Positions 39,178 through 49,403 of a DNA stretch of 64,000 nucleotides are shown in pieces. Made by a program: the position numbers and the translations under genes. How positions within the stretch are numbered: the first letter of the stretch is position 1; each line of letters opens with the position of its first letter. Location: assembly GCA_963674745.2 (NCBI GenBank), contig CAXXDV010000003.1, forward strand, positions 416,001-480,000, written 5' to 3'. This DNA comes from Desulfosudaceae bacterium. Its GTDB lineage: Bacteria > Desulfobacterota > Desulfobacteria > Desulfobacterales > Desulfosudaceae. The notes beneath the pieces were generated by a model. That model saw only the letters and a list, made by a program, of their open reading frames with translations. It did not search any database and was not told where the DNA came from.

Positions 39178-40704
39178 ATGGGTAAACAGGCGCAAGCGGG
39201 GATTTCTCCGACACGTAATGAAAATTATGCTGAATGGTATCAACAGGTCGTCAGGGCGGCGGATATGGCCGAAACATCTCCTGTCCGCGGTTGTATGGTG
39301 ATCAAACCGTGGGGTTATGGTTTATGGGAAAATATCCGTTTTACACTTGACCGGATGTTCAAGGACTGTGGTGTCAAAAACGCTTATTTTCCGATTTTTA
39401 TTCCCCTGGCTTTTCTTGAAAAGGAAGCCGATCACGTGGAAGGGTTTGCCAAGGAATGCGCGGTTGTGACCCATCATCGACTGGAAAAATCCGGAAAGGG
39501 ACTTGTTCCGGCCGGTGAGCTGAACGAACCCCTGATTGTAAGGCCCACCTCGGAAACGATTATCGGCGATGCCTTTTCCCGTTGGGTTAAAAGTTATCGG
39601 GATCTGCCGGTCATTATCAATCAATGGGCCAATGTCGTCCGCTGGGAAATGCGGACCCGGATTTTCTTGAGGACCAGTGAGTTTTTGTGGCAGGAAGGAC
39701 ATACCGCCCATGCGACCGAGAAGGAAGCCCTGGAGCGGATGGTCCAGATGCTGGATATATATGAAATTCTGGCCAGAGATTACCTGGCCATACCGGTTAT
39801 CAAAGGCCGAAAAACCGAGACAGAGCGTTTCCCCGGAGCGGTAGAAACCATGTGCATTGAAGCCATGATGCAGGACCGCAAAGCCCTTCAGGCCGGTACT
39901 TCTCATATGCTGGGCCAGAATTTTGCCAAAGCCTCGGATATCCGCTTCCAGACGGAAAAAGGCGAGGAGGCCTTTGCCTGGACAACCTCCTGGGGCGTTT
40001 CCACCCGTTTGATCGGCGGGCTGATCATGACCCATGCCGATGATGACGGGATGATCATGCCGCCACGAATATCGCCGGCACAGGTCGTGCTGCTGCCGAT
40101 TATACGTAAAGACACGGATCGGGAGCCGGTGATGAGGGCTGTCGAAAACCTGGCCCGACGATTACGGGAAAAAACATATGCCGGCCGGCAGATGGAAGTT
40201 GAAATCGATGACAGGGATATTGGCGGGGCTCGAAACTGGGAATGGATTAAAAAAGGCATTCCCCTCAGGATTGAAATCGGCCCCAGGGATATTGAGAAAA
40301 ATTCCGTTTCAGTCGCCCGTCGGGACATGAACCATAAGGAAAAAACGTTTATGGGGATCAGTCGTTTTGAAGCGGATATTACGGATATCCTGGACGAGAT
40401 CCAGGCGACATTGTTAAAACGAGCAGTTGATTATCGGGAGCAGCACACGGTTTCCATTGATTCCAGAGAAGGCTTTTATGAATTTTATACGCCGCAGGAC
40501 GCTGAAAATCCGGAAATCCATGGCGGGTTCGCCCTGTCGCCCTGGTGCGGTTCCGCAGAATGTGAAAAGCAGATCAAAGAAGATCTCTCGGTTACGATCC
40601 GCTGCCTGCCGGATGATGCCGGTGCCGGGCAGGCAGAAGCCGCACCATGTATCTGTTGCGGCGGGAAGGTTACGAACAGGGCTATTTTTGCCAAAGCCTA
40701 CTGA
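39178..40704 (+). CDS. proS: Proline--tRNA ligase (archaeal/eukaryotic-type)
   Basis: VRGCMV, RPTSET, QWANVVRWE, EFLWQEGHT, TSWGVSTR, C-terminal FAKAY. Confidence 0.95.
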   Translation: MGKQAQAGISPTRNENYAEWYQQVVRAADMAETSPVRGCMVIKPWGYGLWENIRFTLDRMFKDCGVKNAYFPIFIPLAFLEKEADHVEGFAKECAVVTHHRLEKSGKGLVPAGELNEPLIVRPTSETIIGDAFSRWVKSYRDLPVIINQWANVVRWEMRTRIFLRTSEFLWQEGHTAHATEKEALERMVQMLDIYEILARDYLAIPVIKGRKTETERFPGAVETMCIEAMMQDRKALQAGTSHMLGQNFAKASDIRFQTEKGEEAFAWTTSWGVSTRLIGGLIMTHADDDGMIMPPRISPAQVVLLPIIRKDTDREPVMRAVENLARRLREKTYAGRQMEVEIDDRDIGGARNWEWIKKGIPLRIEIGPRDIEKNSVSVARRDMNHKEKTFMGISRFEADITDILDEIQATLLKRAVDYREQHTVSIDSREGFYEFYTPQDAENPEIHGGFALSPWCGSAECEKQIKEDLSVTIRCLPDDAGAGQAEAAPCICCGGKVTNRAIFAKAY

Positions 40705-40766
40705 TGTTGCCGGTTTACAAGCGGAAAGTGGTTAAGTAACGAAAGGCTTTAGCCTTCCAGAAAAGC

Positions 40767-41068
40767 GGTTTTAAGGTTTTAGAGTTTTAAGTGATTAAGT
40801 GATTATGTGGTTATGTGTTTATGTGGCGTAAAAGCTTTAGTGACTATGTAGGGGCACGGCGTGCCGTGCCCTATTACATTCAGTGGTTAATTGGTTAAGG
40901 GATTTTGGCTTTATTTACTGACAAATCAATCCTTATTGGATAAAATAATAAGCCAGAGTAAAAAACAGGTTGGAAACTTTATAAAATATGCCAAAAGCGT
41001 TTATAAGTTTTTTCAATAACAGGCACTTGACCCCTCGACCCCTTGAATCCTTGAACCCTTGAACCCTG
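40767..41068. repeat. Octamer arrays and a single GTAG REP in the proS-relA spacer
   Basis: Eight 8-mers GGTTTTAA..GTGATTAA GTGATTAT GTGGTTAT GTGTTTAT (40767-40830); REP GTAGGGGCACGGCGTGCCGTGCCC (40848-40871); five CCCTTGAA-like 8-mers (41024-41063). Confidence 0.75.
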
Positions 41069-41144
41069 TACGCCGACTAAATTAAAAAATAAAAATATTG
41101 CTTAGCTTTTTAGATTTGAGAAATAAACTAGGTTCAGCTGATCC

Positions 41145-43292
41145 ATGATTCGCATCAATGACATTCTTGACACCATGCTGAGGTATAACCCGGACGGTGA
41201 TACCAGCCTGGTGGAAAGAGCTTATATTTATTCCGCAAGGGTCCATGAAGGACAGGTGCGTCTTTCCGGGGAACCCTACCTTTCTCACCCGCTTGAGGTG
41301 GCCGGTATTCTGGCTGATATGAAGCTCGACAGTGTCTGTATATCGGCCGGGCTGCTGCACGATGTCCTGGAAGATACCAGCGCCACAGAAGACGACCTCG
41401 GTGAACTGTTCGGAGAGGAAGTCCTTAAAATCGTGAAGGGGCTGACCAAGCTGAGTGCGTTGCCCTATAACAGCGCTCAGGCGCGGCAGGCGGACAGTAT
41501 CCGAAAGATGATACTGGCAATGGCTGATGATATCCGGGTTATCCTGATCAAACTTGTTGACCGGCTTCATAACATGCGGACCCTGGACTTTCAGAAAGAA
41601 CATAAAAAACAGCGTATTGCCAGAGAAACAATGGATATTTACGCGCCCATAGCCGCCCGCCTGGGTATTTACTGGATCAAAAGCGAACTGGAGGAAATCG
41701 GTTTCAAAACCCTCAACCCCGAAGAGTATGCCGCGATCAGCGGCAAAGTCAGTAATGATAAAAATGAAAGGGATGTATACATTGAAAGCGTTCGGGAATA
41801 TCTTATTGAAAAGCTGGCGGAAAACGGGTTAAAGGGTGATGTCGCCGGCCGGCATAAGCAGATATACAGTATTTATCACAAAATGATGACCCAGGAACTG
41901 CCCTTTGATGAGATTTACGATATTATTGCCTTCCGGATCATTTTAGACACCGTTCAGGAATGTTATGAGGCGCTGGGTATTGTCCATTCCCTGTGGCGAC
42001 CCATTGCCAAGAAGTTCAAGGATTATATCGCACTGCCCAAACCCAACATGTACCAGTCACTGCATACCACCGTATTCGGCCCTTTTGGGGAGCGTGTGGA
42101 AATTCAGATCCGCACCAGAGAAATGGATCATGTAGCTACCGCCGGCATCGCCGCTCACTGGAGTTACAAAGAGGGCAGGGCGGTTACGGGAAAAGGCGGC
42201 AATCCCTATGCCTGGATTCAGAATCTTGTTGATTCTCAAAAAGACATTGATACCCCGGGCGAATTTCTGGAAGATGTCCGGTTAAATCTTTTTTCAGATG
42301 AAGTTCATGTGTTTACACCCGGAGGGGAGATCCGGTCGTTGATCAAGGGGGCGACGCCGGTGGACTTTGCTTACCTGATCCACACTGAAGTCGGACACCA
42401 GTGTGTGGGAGCCAAGGTTAACGGACGCATGGTTCAGCTCTCCCATGCATTGAAAACAGGGGATATTGTTGAAATCCTGACTTCCTCAAAAAGTAAACCC
42501 AGCAGGGACTGGCTTAATTTTGTCAAAACGCCCAAGGCCCGGTCGCGGATCAAACGCTGGATAAAGGCACAGGAGCGGGATCGGAGTATCCATCTGGGTC
42601 GTGAGATGTGCGAGAAAACATTTCACAAATACAGGCTCAATTTTAATGAAATTTCCAATTCTCCTGAAATGACGGAAGTGGTTGCGCATTTCGGTTTCAA
42701 GACTGTAGACGACATGATCGAACACATCGGTTATGGAAAAATCACCCCCAAACAGGTGGTGCAGAAGTTTTTTCCAAAAATAAAAACCGAGACCGCACGG
42801 GAAGAATCGCTGTTGAACCGGCTTTTCGGCCGCATGATGAAGAAAAAACCGGTGGACGGTGTTATTGTTCATGGGGTAGATGACATGCTGGTCAGGTTTG
42901 CCAAGTGTTGCCAGCCCGTTCCCGGAGAACCCATTGCGGGATATATCACCCGTGGGGCCGGTGTTGCGGTTCACCGTGCGGATTGTGCCAATGTCGTCAA
43001 TGCGTCGACCGAGCGCCGGATTGACGTGGAGTGGGCGGATAAAACACCTTCTAAATACCCGGCCCGAATCCGTATCCGGTCTTATGACCGGCTCGGTCTT
43101 CTGGCGGAAATCACATCCCTGGTCAGCCAGCAGGGGGCCAATATTCTGGCCGTTAACACAGAAACCAATGATGACAAAACAGTTGAACTCTTTTTTACGC
43201 TGTCAGTGGACGATGCACAGCAGTTGGATAATATCGTTGCCGTGATAAAAAAAATAAAGTCTGTTTACAGCGCTAAGCGGGTGACCAGCTGA
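41145..43292 (+). CDS. relA: Bifunctional (p)ppGpp synthetase/hydrolase (RelA/SpoT family)
   Basis: RLSGEPY..HP, LHDVLED (intact HD), DRLHNMRT, YQSLHT, EIQIRT, TGS (TPVDFAY) and ACT domains. Confidence 0.94.
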   Translation: MIRINDILDTMLRYNPDGDTSLVERAYIYSARVHEGQVRLSGEPYLSHPLEVAGILADMKLDSVCISAGLLHDVLEDTSATEDDLGELFGEEVLKIVKGLTKLSALPYNSAQARQADSIRKMILAMADDIRVILIKLVDRLHNMRTLDFQKEHKKQRIARETMDIYAPIAARLGIYWIKSELEEIGFKTLNPEEYAAISGKVSNDKNERDVYIESVREYLIEKLAENGLKGDVAGRHKQIYSIYHKMMTQELPFDEIYDIIAFRIILDTVQECYEALGIVHSLWRPIAKKFKDYIALPKPNMYQSLHTTVFGPFGERVEIQIRTREMDHVATAGIAAHWSYKEGRAVTGKGGNPYAWIQNLVDSQKDIDTPGEFLEDVRLNLFSDEVHVFTPGGEIRSLIKGATPVDFAYLIHTEVGHQCVGAKVNGRMVQLSHALKTGDIVEILTSSKSKPSRDWLNFVKTPKARSRIKRWIKAQERDRSIHLGREMCEKTFHKYRLNFNEISNSPEMTEVVAHFGFKTVDDMIEHIGYGKITPKQVVQKFFPKIKTETAREESLLNRLFGRMMKKKPVDGVIVHGVDDMLVRFAKCCQPVPGEPIAGYITRGAGVAVHRADCANVVNASTERRIDVEWADKTPSKYPARIRIRSYDRLGLLAEITSLVSQQGANILAVNTETNDDKTVELFFTLSVDDAQQLDNIVAVIKKIKSVYSAKRVTS

Positions 43293-43343
43293 AAAGATCA
43301 GGGCTTAAAAAGACGGTAAAAAAAACATCTTTTTGAGGTGCCC

Positions 43344-43535
43344 TTATGATTTCTTGACGACACGCCCTGACTTGATGCATTGCGTACAGACGGTGAGTTT
43401 CTGGGTCCGACCGTTGAGCACCGCACGAACTTTCTGGAGATTCGGCAGAAAACGGCGTTTGGTAAGGTTATGTGCGTGGCTGACATTGTTGCCCACCATG
43501 GGTTTTTTACCACATATATCGCATTGTCTTGACAT
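43344..43535 (-). CDS. rpmB: 50S ribosomal protein L28
   Basis: [34 protein letters not shown]. Confidence 0.96.
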   Translation of the reverse strand: MSRQCDICGKKPMVGNNVSHAHNLTKRRFLPNLQKVRAVLNGRTQKLTVCTQCIKSGRVVKKS

Positions 43536-43632
43536 TTTTCATCGTCCTTTCAATATTTCAAAAATAATCGAATTTGTCTTTATACAGTCTTTAATTGCCA
43601 TAGTAAAGCGTTTTTTTGCGGCCGTATATTTA

Positions 43633-44334
43633 TTAATATTCTTCTTCATTCTTTACTTCGTCTGTTTTAATATTTTCCGCCGCTTCTTCCGCTTTAATTT
43701 TATCCTGGCAGAGTTCGATATATTGCCTTGCGGCGTCCACATCTCCCACATTCGGGAACCTGGTGACGACGTTATTAAAACGGTTTAACGCGGCCCGGTA
43801 GTGTTTTGATTTAAAATAAAATTCAGCTACATAAAACTCATGGGCAGCCAGGCTCCGGCGACATTTGTCAATTGGCTCTACCGCCTTTTGGGCATATTCA
43901 TGGCCCGGAAACTGTCGGCTCAGCCTGTAAAAAGCGTCAAGCGCCTGTCTGGCCGGTGCCTGATCTCTGTCGATGGTGTCCAAACGGTTGTAGTGGCAGA
44001 GTCCGATGCGGTAAATAACAAAAGGGATGGCTTCATTCCGGGGATGCATTCGTTCAAACTCTTCGTAAGCGATGACCGCCTCTTCATAATTTTTCATTTC
44101 AAAATAGCAGTCGGCTATTTTCAGATCAGCCAAAAGTGCATGCTTGCTGAACGGGTACCAGTCCCGTAATTTTTTAAAAGCCTCGATGGATTGATGAAAG
44201 TGCCTGGTTTCAAAGGCCTGCATACCTTCATCAGCAAGTTGCTCGGCTGTTTTTTCCTCTTTGACGTTTTTAGCGCACCCGACTGCCAGAAAAATTGCCA
44301 GCAGGCAGATAATAAAAAGTGATTGTCTTTTCAT
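43633..44334 (-). CDS. bamD: Outer membrane protein assembly factor BamD
   Basis: Lipobox AVGC, TPR repeats, YPFS, HPRNE, DRDQ, LAAHEFYVAEFY. Confidence 0.9.
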   Translation of the reverse strand: MKRQSLFIICLLAIFLAVGCAKNVKEEKTAEQLADEGMQAFETRHFHQSIEAFKKLRDWYPFSKHALLADLKIADCYFEMKNYEEAVIAYEEFERMHPRNEAIPFVIYRIGLCHYNRLDTIDRDQAPARQALDAFYRLSRQFPGHEYAQKAVEPIDKCRRSLAAHEFYVAEFYFKSKHYRAALNRFNNVVTRFPNVGDVDAARQYIELCQDKIKAEEAAENIKTDEVKNEEEY

Positions 44335-44462
44335 TAGTGTATCTTAATTTTGTTTTTGGAAACGATAGCGTTGTGTCGGAAATAGCCTGTTTTTCAATAA
44401 CCGTAAATTTTTATTGTGCTTCTTCCTTATGTAATTGCGTGAATGTTGTCAATATCAAAGTT

Positions 44463-44613
44463 GATGGCTTCGTAAAAAGTCCAGTTTCCGCGTTGTGCTT
44501 CAGCCTTCGGAATTTAACGTACTATTGTGTACACCGGGTTTCTCATGGTTTGTGTGCCTTGAACTTAAACGTTTTACTTTGCCGTACAAATTTCGACTTT
44601 TTACGAGTACTTC
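44463..44613. mobile_element. MITE-like element, copy 2 (151 bp) with a 6-bp flanking direct repeat
   Basis: TIRs GATGGCTTCGTAAAAAGTC / GACTTTTTACGAGTACTTC (15 of 19 match); AAAGTT at 44457-44462 and 44614-44619. Confidence 0.8.
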
Positions 44614-44639
44614 AAAGTTGATGATGCCATCTTTTCCAA

Positions 44640-45905
44640 TCAGGTGTTTGCCGGCGGGTTCTTGTCCGGCTTTTCCGGTTCGAGCGTCCCCGTGTTGGTT
44701 ACAATAAAAGAAACAATCCGGTTGGACTTCATGTCTTTTACCGTAATTTTAAAAGGTTCAAGAATAATGGTTTCGCCCGGTTCAGGGATGCGCCCGATTT
44801 TCCAGAGGACATACCCGGAAAAGGTGTCATATTCCTTGGAGGCAGGGATGTGCATGGGGATCTTTTCATTGACTTCTTCAATATCTGATTTGCCCAGTAC
44901 AAGCCATTGGGACTTGTTGATTTTAACGAAATGCGGCTCATATTTGTCCGTTTCGTCAACGATGTCACCTACAAGCTCTTCCAGTACATCTTCCAGTGTG
45001 ATCAGGCCGGCCACATCGCCATGTTCATTGATGATGATGGCCATGTGATTTTTTCTGTTTTTGAACTGCCTTAACAAGCCGTTTAATTTTTTTGACTCCG
45101 GTATAAAGTAGGGCTTGGACATGTATTTGCGGATATTGATCGATTCTCCGGAGCTGGCATATTGCCTGAAAATATCTTTTATATTGATGATACCGATTAT
45201 ATTGCGCAGGTTGTTTTCATAAACCGGAATACGGGTATACCCGGACTTGATGATGTTGGACAGCGGCAGGGGCTTATCCACATCAAGGGCGTACATGTCA
45301 GTGGCCGGTGTCATTATCTCCGATGCACTGGTGTCATCCAGTTTGAAAATGTTATGGATGAATTCTTTCTCTTCCCCATTGATCTCGCCTTCTTCTTCGG
45401 TCACTTCGACAATGGTTTTTAATTCCTCTTCGGTGATGACCGGGGCCGATTTAATCTTTCCGGTAATCCGGGGGATAAAATTCAGCATGATGATAAACGG
45501 AAAGAAGAGCAGTGACAGCCAGTAAAGCGGATAAATCACGATCCGGGCGACCATGATGTTGTTTTTGGCGGCAACCGATTTGGGGATGATCTCACCAAAC
45601 ACCAGGATAAAAAAGGTCATGATGCCGGTTGCGATGCTGACGGCATTATTGGAAAAAATATCAAAGGCAATAGCCGTGGCCAGGGCGGAGGCCCAGATAT
45701 TAACCAGATTGTTGCCGATAAGGATGGTAGACAGCAGGTGATGGGGGTTATCCTTCATCCTTTTGATCAACAGATCAAACCGGCTTTTCTTTTTGGCCAG
45801 ATGCTTGGCCTTGGATCTGCTGATGGAGAAAAGCGCTGTTTCAGATGAGGAAAAGAATCCTGACAGCAGCAGCAATACGATCAGAGCACCGACTTGTAAG
45901 GTCAT
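44640..45905 (-). CDS. Hemolysin/CNNM family protein (DUF21 + CBS pair + CorC_HlyC)
   Basis: SGFFSSSETA, TILIGNN, FGEIIPK, YTRIPVY, GLITLEDVLEELVGDI. Confidence 0.9.
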   Translation of the reverse strand: MTLQVGALIVLLLLSGFFSSSETALFSISRSKAKHLAKKKSRFDLLIKRMKDNPHHLLSTILIGNNLVNIWASALATAIAFDIFSNNAVSIATGIMTFFILVFGEIIPKSVAAKNNIMVARIVIYPLYWLSLLFFPFIIMLNFIPRITGKIKSAPVITEEELKTIVEVTEEEGEINGEEKEFIHNIFKLDDTSASEIMTPATDMYALDVDKPLPLSNIIKSGYTRIPVYENNLRNIIGIINIKDIFRQYASSGESINIRKYMSKPYFIPESKKLNGLLRQFKNRKNHMAIIINEHGDVAGLITLEDVLEELVGDIVDETDKYEPHFVKINKSQWLVLGKSDIEEVNEKIPMHIPASKEYDTFSGYVLWKIGRIPEPGETIILEPFKITVKDMKSNRIVSFIVTNTGTLEPEKPDKNPPANT

Positions 45906-45993
45906 GACCTTTTGTCCCTGGATGATAACAGGGGCGGAGGCTTAGATTTTTCCCTGTTTCGATAAAGATGTCTCATTTATTTTTCGAGAGATT

Positions 45994-46191
45994 TTATTTT
46001 TTACAGGTATTAATCCCCAGCGGGACATACAGCGGGCAATAACCGGTGGCGGCGGACATAAAAAAAGAACCGCTGAAAACCAGCAACAGCGCCCAATAGC
46101 CTTGAAGATAACCAAGGAAGAAGAGAACAATAATCGTTATTGCAATGGCCAATCTGAATATTCGGTCTATGATTCCTTCATTCACCTGCAT
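45994..46191 (-). CDS. DUF2892/YgaP-like small membrane protein
   Basis: NEGIIDRIFR, two TMs, GYCPLY..LGINTC; GAGG RBS. Confidence 0.85.
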   Translation of the reverse strand: MQVNEGIIDRIFRLAIAITIIVLFFLGYLQGYWALLLVFSGSFFMSAATGYCPLYVPLGINTCKK

Positions 46192-46346
46192 GTGTCCCTC
46201 CTCAAGGGGCAGACAGTGTTCAGCCTGGCTGCCCGGGTCCTGTTTTGTGTTTATTTTTCATATATAAAGTCAATATGGGGAATAATCAAGAAAAATTGAG
46301 TTTGACCGGCACCTGATGCTGGTGGTGCCTTATCGCTGTTGAATGA

Positions 46347-46832
46347 TTAAAGCAGCGCTTTGACGAAAAAAAACAGGATCATCAGGCAGTAAGCGAATTT
46401 TATGACAATGCCTGCCAGGTTGCCGACAAAGATACCCCAACCCACGCGAATAGCGTCTTCGGTTTTTTTCCCGGCAAACAGCTCACAAATAACGCCTCCC
46501 ATCAGCGCGCCGATAAAAATACCCAGCGGTGGAAAGAAAAAAACACCGATGATCATGCCGGCCACAGACCCCCACAGGCCGGCTCTGGACGCACCGTATT
46601 TCTTGGCGCCGGCCATGGAAACCAGATAATCAAGAAGGATTGACAACAGTAAGGCGACGGTTCCCATGATCAGAAGAAAGATCAGGGAGAATGACTGCCC
46701 GCCTTTGGCCAGATCGATAAAAATCAGGGACAGATAGGCAACCACCGGGCCGGGGATGACCGGCAGAAAACAGCCGGCGATACCGATCAGAATAGATAAA
46801 AAACCGATGATGATCAGGAAAACGGTTACCAC
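46347..46832 (-). CDS. DUF456 family membrane protein
   Basis: LPVIPG, GAKKYGASRAG.WG, PPLGIFIG; start reassigned to GTG 46832. Confidence 0.85.
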   Translation of the reverse strand: MVTVFLIIIGFLSILIGIAGCFLPVIPGPVVAYLSLIFIDLAKGGQSFSLIFLLIMGTVALLLSILLDYLVSMAGAKKYGASRAGLWGSVAGMIIGVFFFPPLGIFIGALMGGVICELFAGKKTEDAIRVGWGIFVGNLAGIVIKFAYCLMILFFFVKALL

Positions 46833-46878
46833 AATGGCCTTTCGTCGGATAAACCGGATACGGCCGCCGGTGATCTGT

Positions 46879-47850
46879 TTATTCGACGGTCGTATTAATG
46901 GCGTTTTTGGCCGTTTCTGCTTCAGCCATAATTCTTTCGAATAATTCTTTGACCGTCGGGATATCATGAACCAGTCCCACACCCTGGCCGCAGTACAGTA
47001 CCCCCATATCGATATCACCTTCAGCATACATCTGTCTGGCCTTGTCGCCTGCTACCATGCTGAACGTTTCCTCAAACAGACTGTCGTCTTTTGCCATTTC
47101 GTCGCATTTCTGGGCGGCGGAATTGGCCCAGACCCGGAAAGACAAACCAATGGATTTTAAGATCAGCATGGTATCCAGTTCACTGGCCGAGACAAGGGCC
47201 TGCTTCAGATTGTCGTGAATAGGGCATTCCCGTGTGGCCAGCATCCGGGTGCCCATGATGACCCCCGCGGCACCCAGGGCCAGGACTGCCAGGGCGCTTC
47301 GACCGTCGGACACGCCGCCGCCGGCGATAACCGGAACGTTCAGACTGTCGACCACGGCCGGGACAAGAACCAGGGTGCCGATATCGCCGCTCCCGGTGGT
47401 GCCGCCGTTTTCATACCCCACCACGGCAATGATATCCGCTCCGAAGTCGGCCGCTTTTTGGGCGTAACGAACGCCGGCGCATTTATGGATCCAGGTGATA
47501 TTGTTTTTCTTAAAACGGTCCCGCATCGGTTCGGACGGTAAATTTCCGGAGGTCTCCACAATGGTCACGTTTTTTTCAGTGATGACATCTATATAGATGT
47601 CCTTGTCCATGGTGGTTATGGCCGGTGAGAGATTGAGGTTCACGGCAAAGGGGTTTTTCGTGGTTTTCCGGATGTCGTCAATGGCTGTGGAAAAGGCCTC
47701 TTTTGATGTATACATGGTTGAGTCCAGTATGCCCAGCCCACCGGCTTCGGCAACAGCGGCGACAAAAACCGCATTGGTAATGGACATCATGGTCCCCGCA
47801 ACCAGCGGGTACCGTATCCCCAACATTTCCGTGGCCCTGGTCTTAATCAT
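46879..47850 (-). CDS. Nitronate monooxygenase/FabK-like flavin oxidoreductase, paralog A
   Basis: LGIRYP, AGGLG, PFAVNL, VETSG, HKC, PVIAGGGVSDG, GVIMGTR, CGQGVGL. Confidence 0.88.
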   Translation of the reverse strand: MIKTRATEMLGIRYPLVAGTMMSITNAVFVAAVAEAGGLGILDSTMYTSKEAFSTAIDDIRKTTKNPFAVNLNLSPAITTMDKDIYIDVITEKNVTIVETSGNLPSEPMRDRFKKNNITWIHKCAGVRYAQKAADFGADIIAVVGYENGGTTGSGDIGTLVLVPAVVDSLNVPVIAGGGVSDGRSALAVLALGAAGVIMGTRMLATRECPIHDNLKQALVSASELDTMLILKSIGLSFRVWANSAAQKCDEMAKDDSLFEETFSMVAGDKARQMYAEGDIDMGVLYCGQGVGLVHDIPTVKELFERIMAEAETAKNAINTTVE

Positions 47851-47900
47851 TTATCCCCCCCCGATTTTACGAACGGTTCAGTCGGTTGTCCGGCAAACGT

Positions 47901-48242
47901 CTTTATCTTTGCTGTAATCCGTGTGAATTCGTTTGTAACCGCTTTATTTCATAATTGAATCATTATGTAAATAAAAAAGAACGGTGTTTCACCTACGCCC
48001 TTATTTGACCGGATACATCGCGCGTCGATTCGGACTTGATTTTTTGGCCCTCGGACCTTGTCGTATTTTTAATGTAGGGGCAACCCCCTGTGGTTGCCCT
48101 TCACCGGGCAGGCACGGGGGGCCTGCCCCTACATTATTCATGAACGCCCCAGTGATTTCATGGAGGCCCTCCCCGGCCCGTAGGGGCAACCCCCTGTGGT
48201 TGCCCTTCCGCATCCGGGCGGGTCACAGGGGGCCGCCCCTAC
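47901..48242. repeat. Mosaic repeat cluster with two REP doublets
   Basis: Reverse CACGGATTACA motif (47901-47930); 48074-48132 is the reverse complement of the 58-bp doublet plus 1 nt; second heterologous doublet at 48180-48242. Confidence 0.85.
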
Positions 48243-48274
48243 AATGTTCGCGAGTGGCCTGAAACACAATAATT

Positions 48275-49246
48275 TTAACCGGCGGTCGCTCCGATGGCGT
48301 TTCTGGCAGATTCTGTTTCCGCCATGATCCGGTCAAACAGTTCCTTGACCGTGGGGATATCGTGAACCAGCCCGATTCCCTGACCGCAGGAAATGACACC
48401 GACGTCCGTATTGCCGCCGGCATACATCTCTCTGGCTTTATCGCCGGCTACGACACTCAAAACCTCCTCAAAACTGCCCCCGTTTTTTTCGATTTCGGCA
48501 CATTTCCGGGAGGCGGCATTGGTCCAGACCCGATGGGTGGCGCCAATGGAGCGCATGATCAGCATGGTATCCAACTCGCTGGCCGAGAGCAGGGCGTTTT
48601 TCAGATTGTCATGGATAGGGCATTCTTTTGTGGGCATCAAACGTGTGCCCATGATCACCCCTTCGGCGCCCAATGCCAGAACTGCGGCCACACCACGGCC
48701 GTCGGATATGCCGCCCCCGCCGATAACCGGAACATCAACAGCGTCAACCACCGCCGGCACCAGCACCATGGTCCCGATATCCAGTTTCCCGGTGGCCCCG
48801 CCGTTTTCATAACCGACAACGGTAATGATGTCCGCACCAAGACCGACGGCTTTCTTAGCGTAACGGATGCCGACGCATTTGTGTATCCATGTCATGCCGG
48901 CCTTTTTGAACCGGCCGCAAAGATCCTCCGGTGCCGAATGCCCGGATGTTTCAACAATAGGGACCCCTTTTTCGATCATGATATCAACGTAAATATTGTT
49001 GTCGATGGCCGTCATGGCCGGAAACAGGTTGATATTGACCGCAAAGGGCTTGTCCGTGGCCTGTTGAATATGGTCAATGGCTGCTGAAAAGTCTTCTCCA
49101 GTTTTGTAGATGGCCGAAGCCAGGACACCCAGTCCACCGGCATTGGCGATGGCGGCCACAAATTCGGCCGTGGAAATGGACATCATGGTGCCGCCCACCA
49201 GCGGGTATTCGATTCCCAGCATTTTCGTCATTTTGGTTTTAATCAT
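48275..49246 (-). CDS. Nitronate monooxygenase/FabK-like flavin oxidoreductase, paralog B
   Basis: Same motifs and same 972-nt length as paralog A; start ATG 49246 after AAGGAG. Confidence 0.88.
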   Translation of the reverse strand: MIKTKMTKMLGIEYPLVGGTMMSISTAEFVAAIANAGGLGVLASAIYKTGEDFSAAIDHIQQATDKPFAVNINLFPAMTAIDNNIYVDIMIEKGVPIVETSGHSAPEDLCGRFKKAGMTWIHKCVGIRYAKKAVGLGADIITVVGYENGGATGKLDIGTMVLVPAVVDAVDVPVIGGGGISDGRGVAAVLALGAEGVIMGTRLMPTKECPIHDNLKNALLSASELDTMLIMRSIGATHRVWTNAASRKCAEIEKNGGSFEEVLSVVAGDKAREMYAGGNTDVGVISCGQGIGLVHDIPTVKELFDRIMAETESARNAIGATAG

Positions 49247-49403
49247 GTGAGTCTCCTTAATGTATTTATATGATTTGATATTATTGATTCGTAGCCTGGA
49301 GGATGGTTTGTTCCGTCTCCGTTTGTTATAGCCGGTTATCTTGACACTGATAATCATTTTATTTCATACTCAGGAAGTTTTGCAAACTTAAAAGGGGGGT
49401 TCC

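Noticed and set aside
44319..44707. ORFs containing DGFVKSP
   Set aside because: Translations of the MITE
47984..48423. Short ORFs with VGATPCGCP or VGAGPPCLP motifs (also 44-238, 29752-29949, 49868-50059)
   Set aside because: Translations of REP palindromes, not genes
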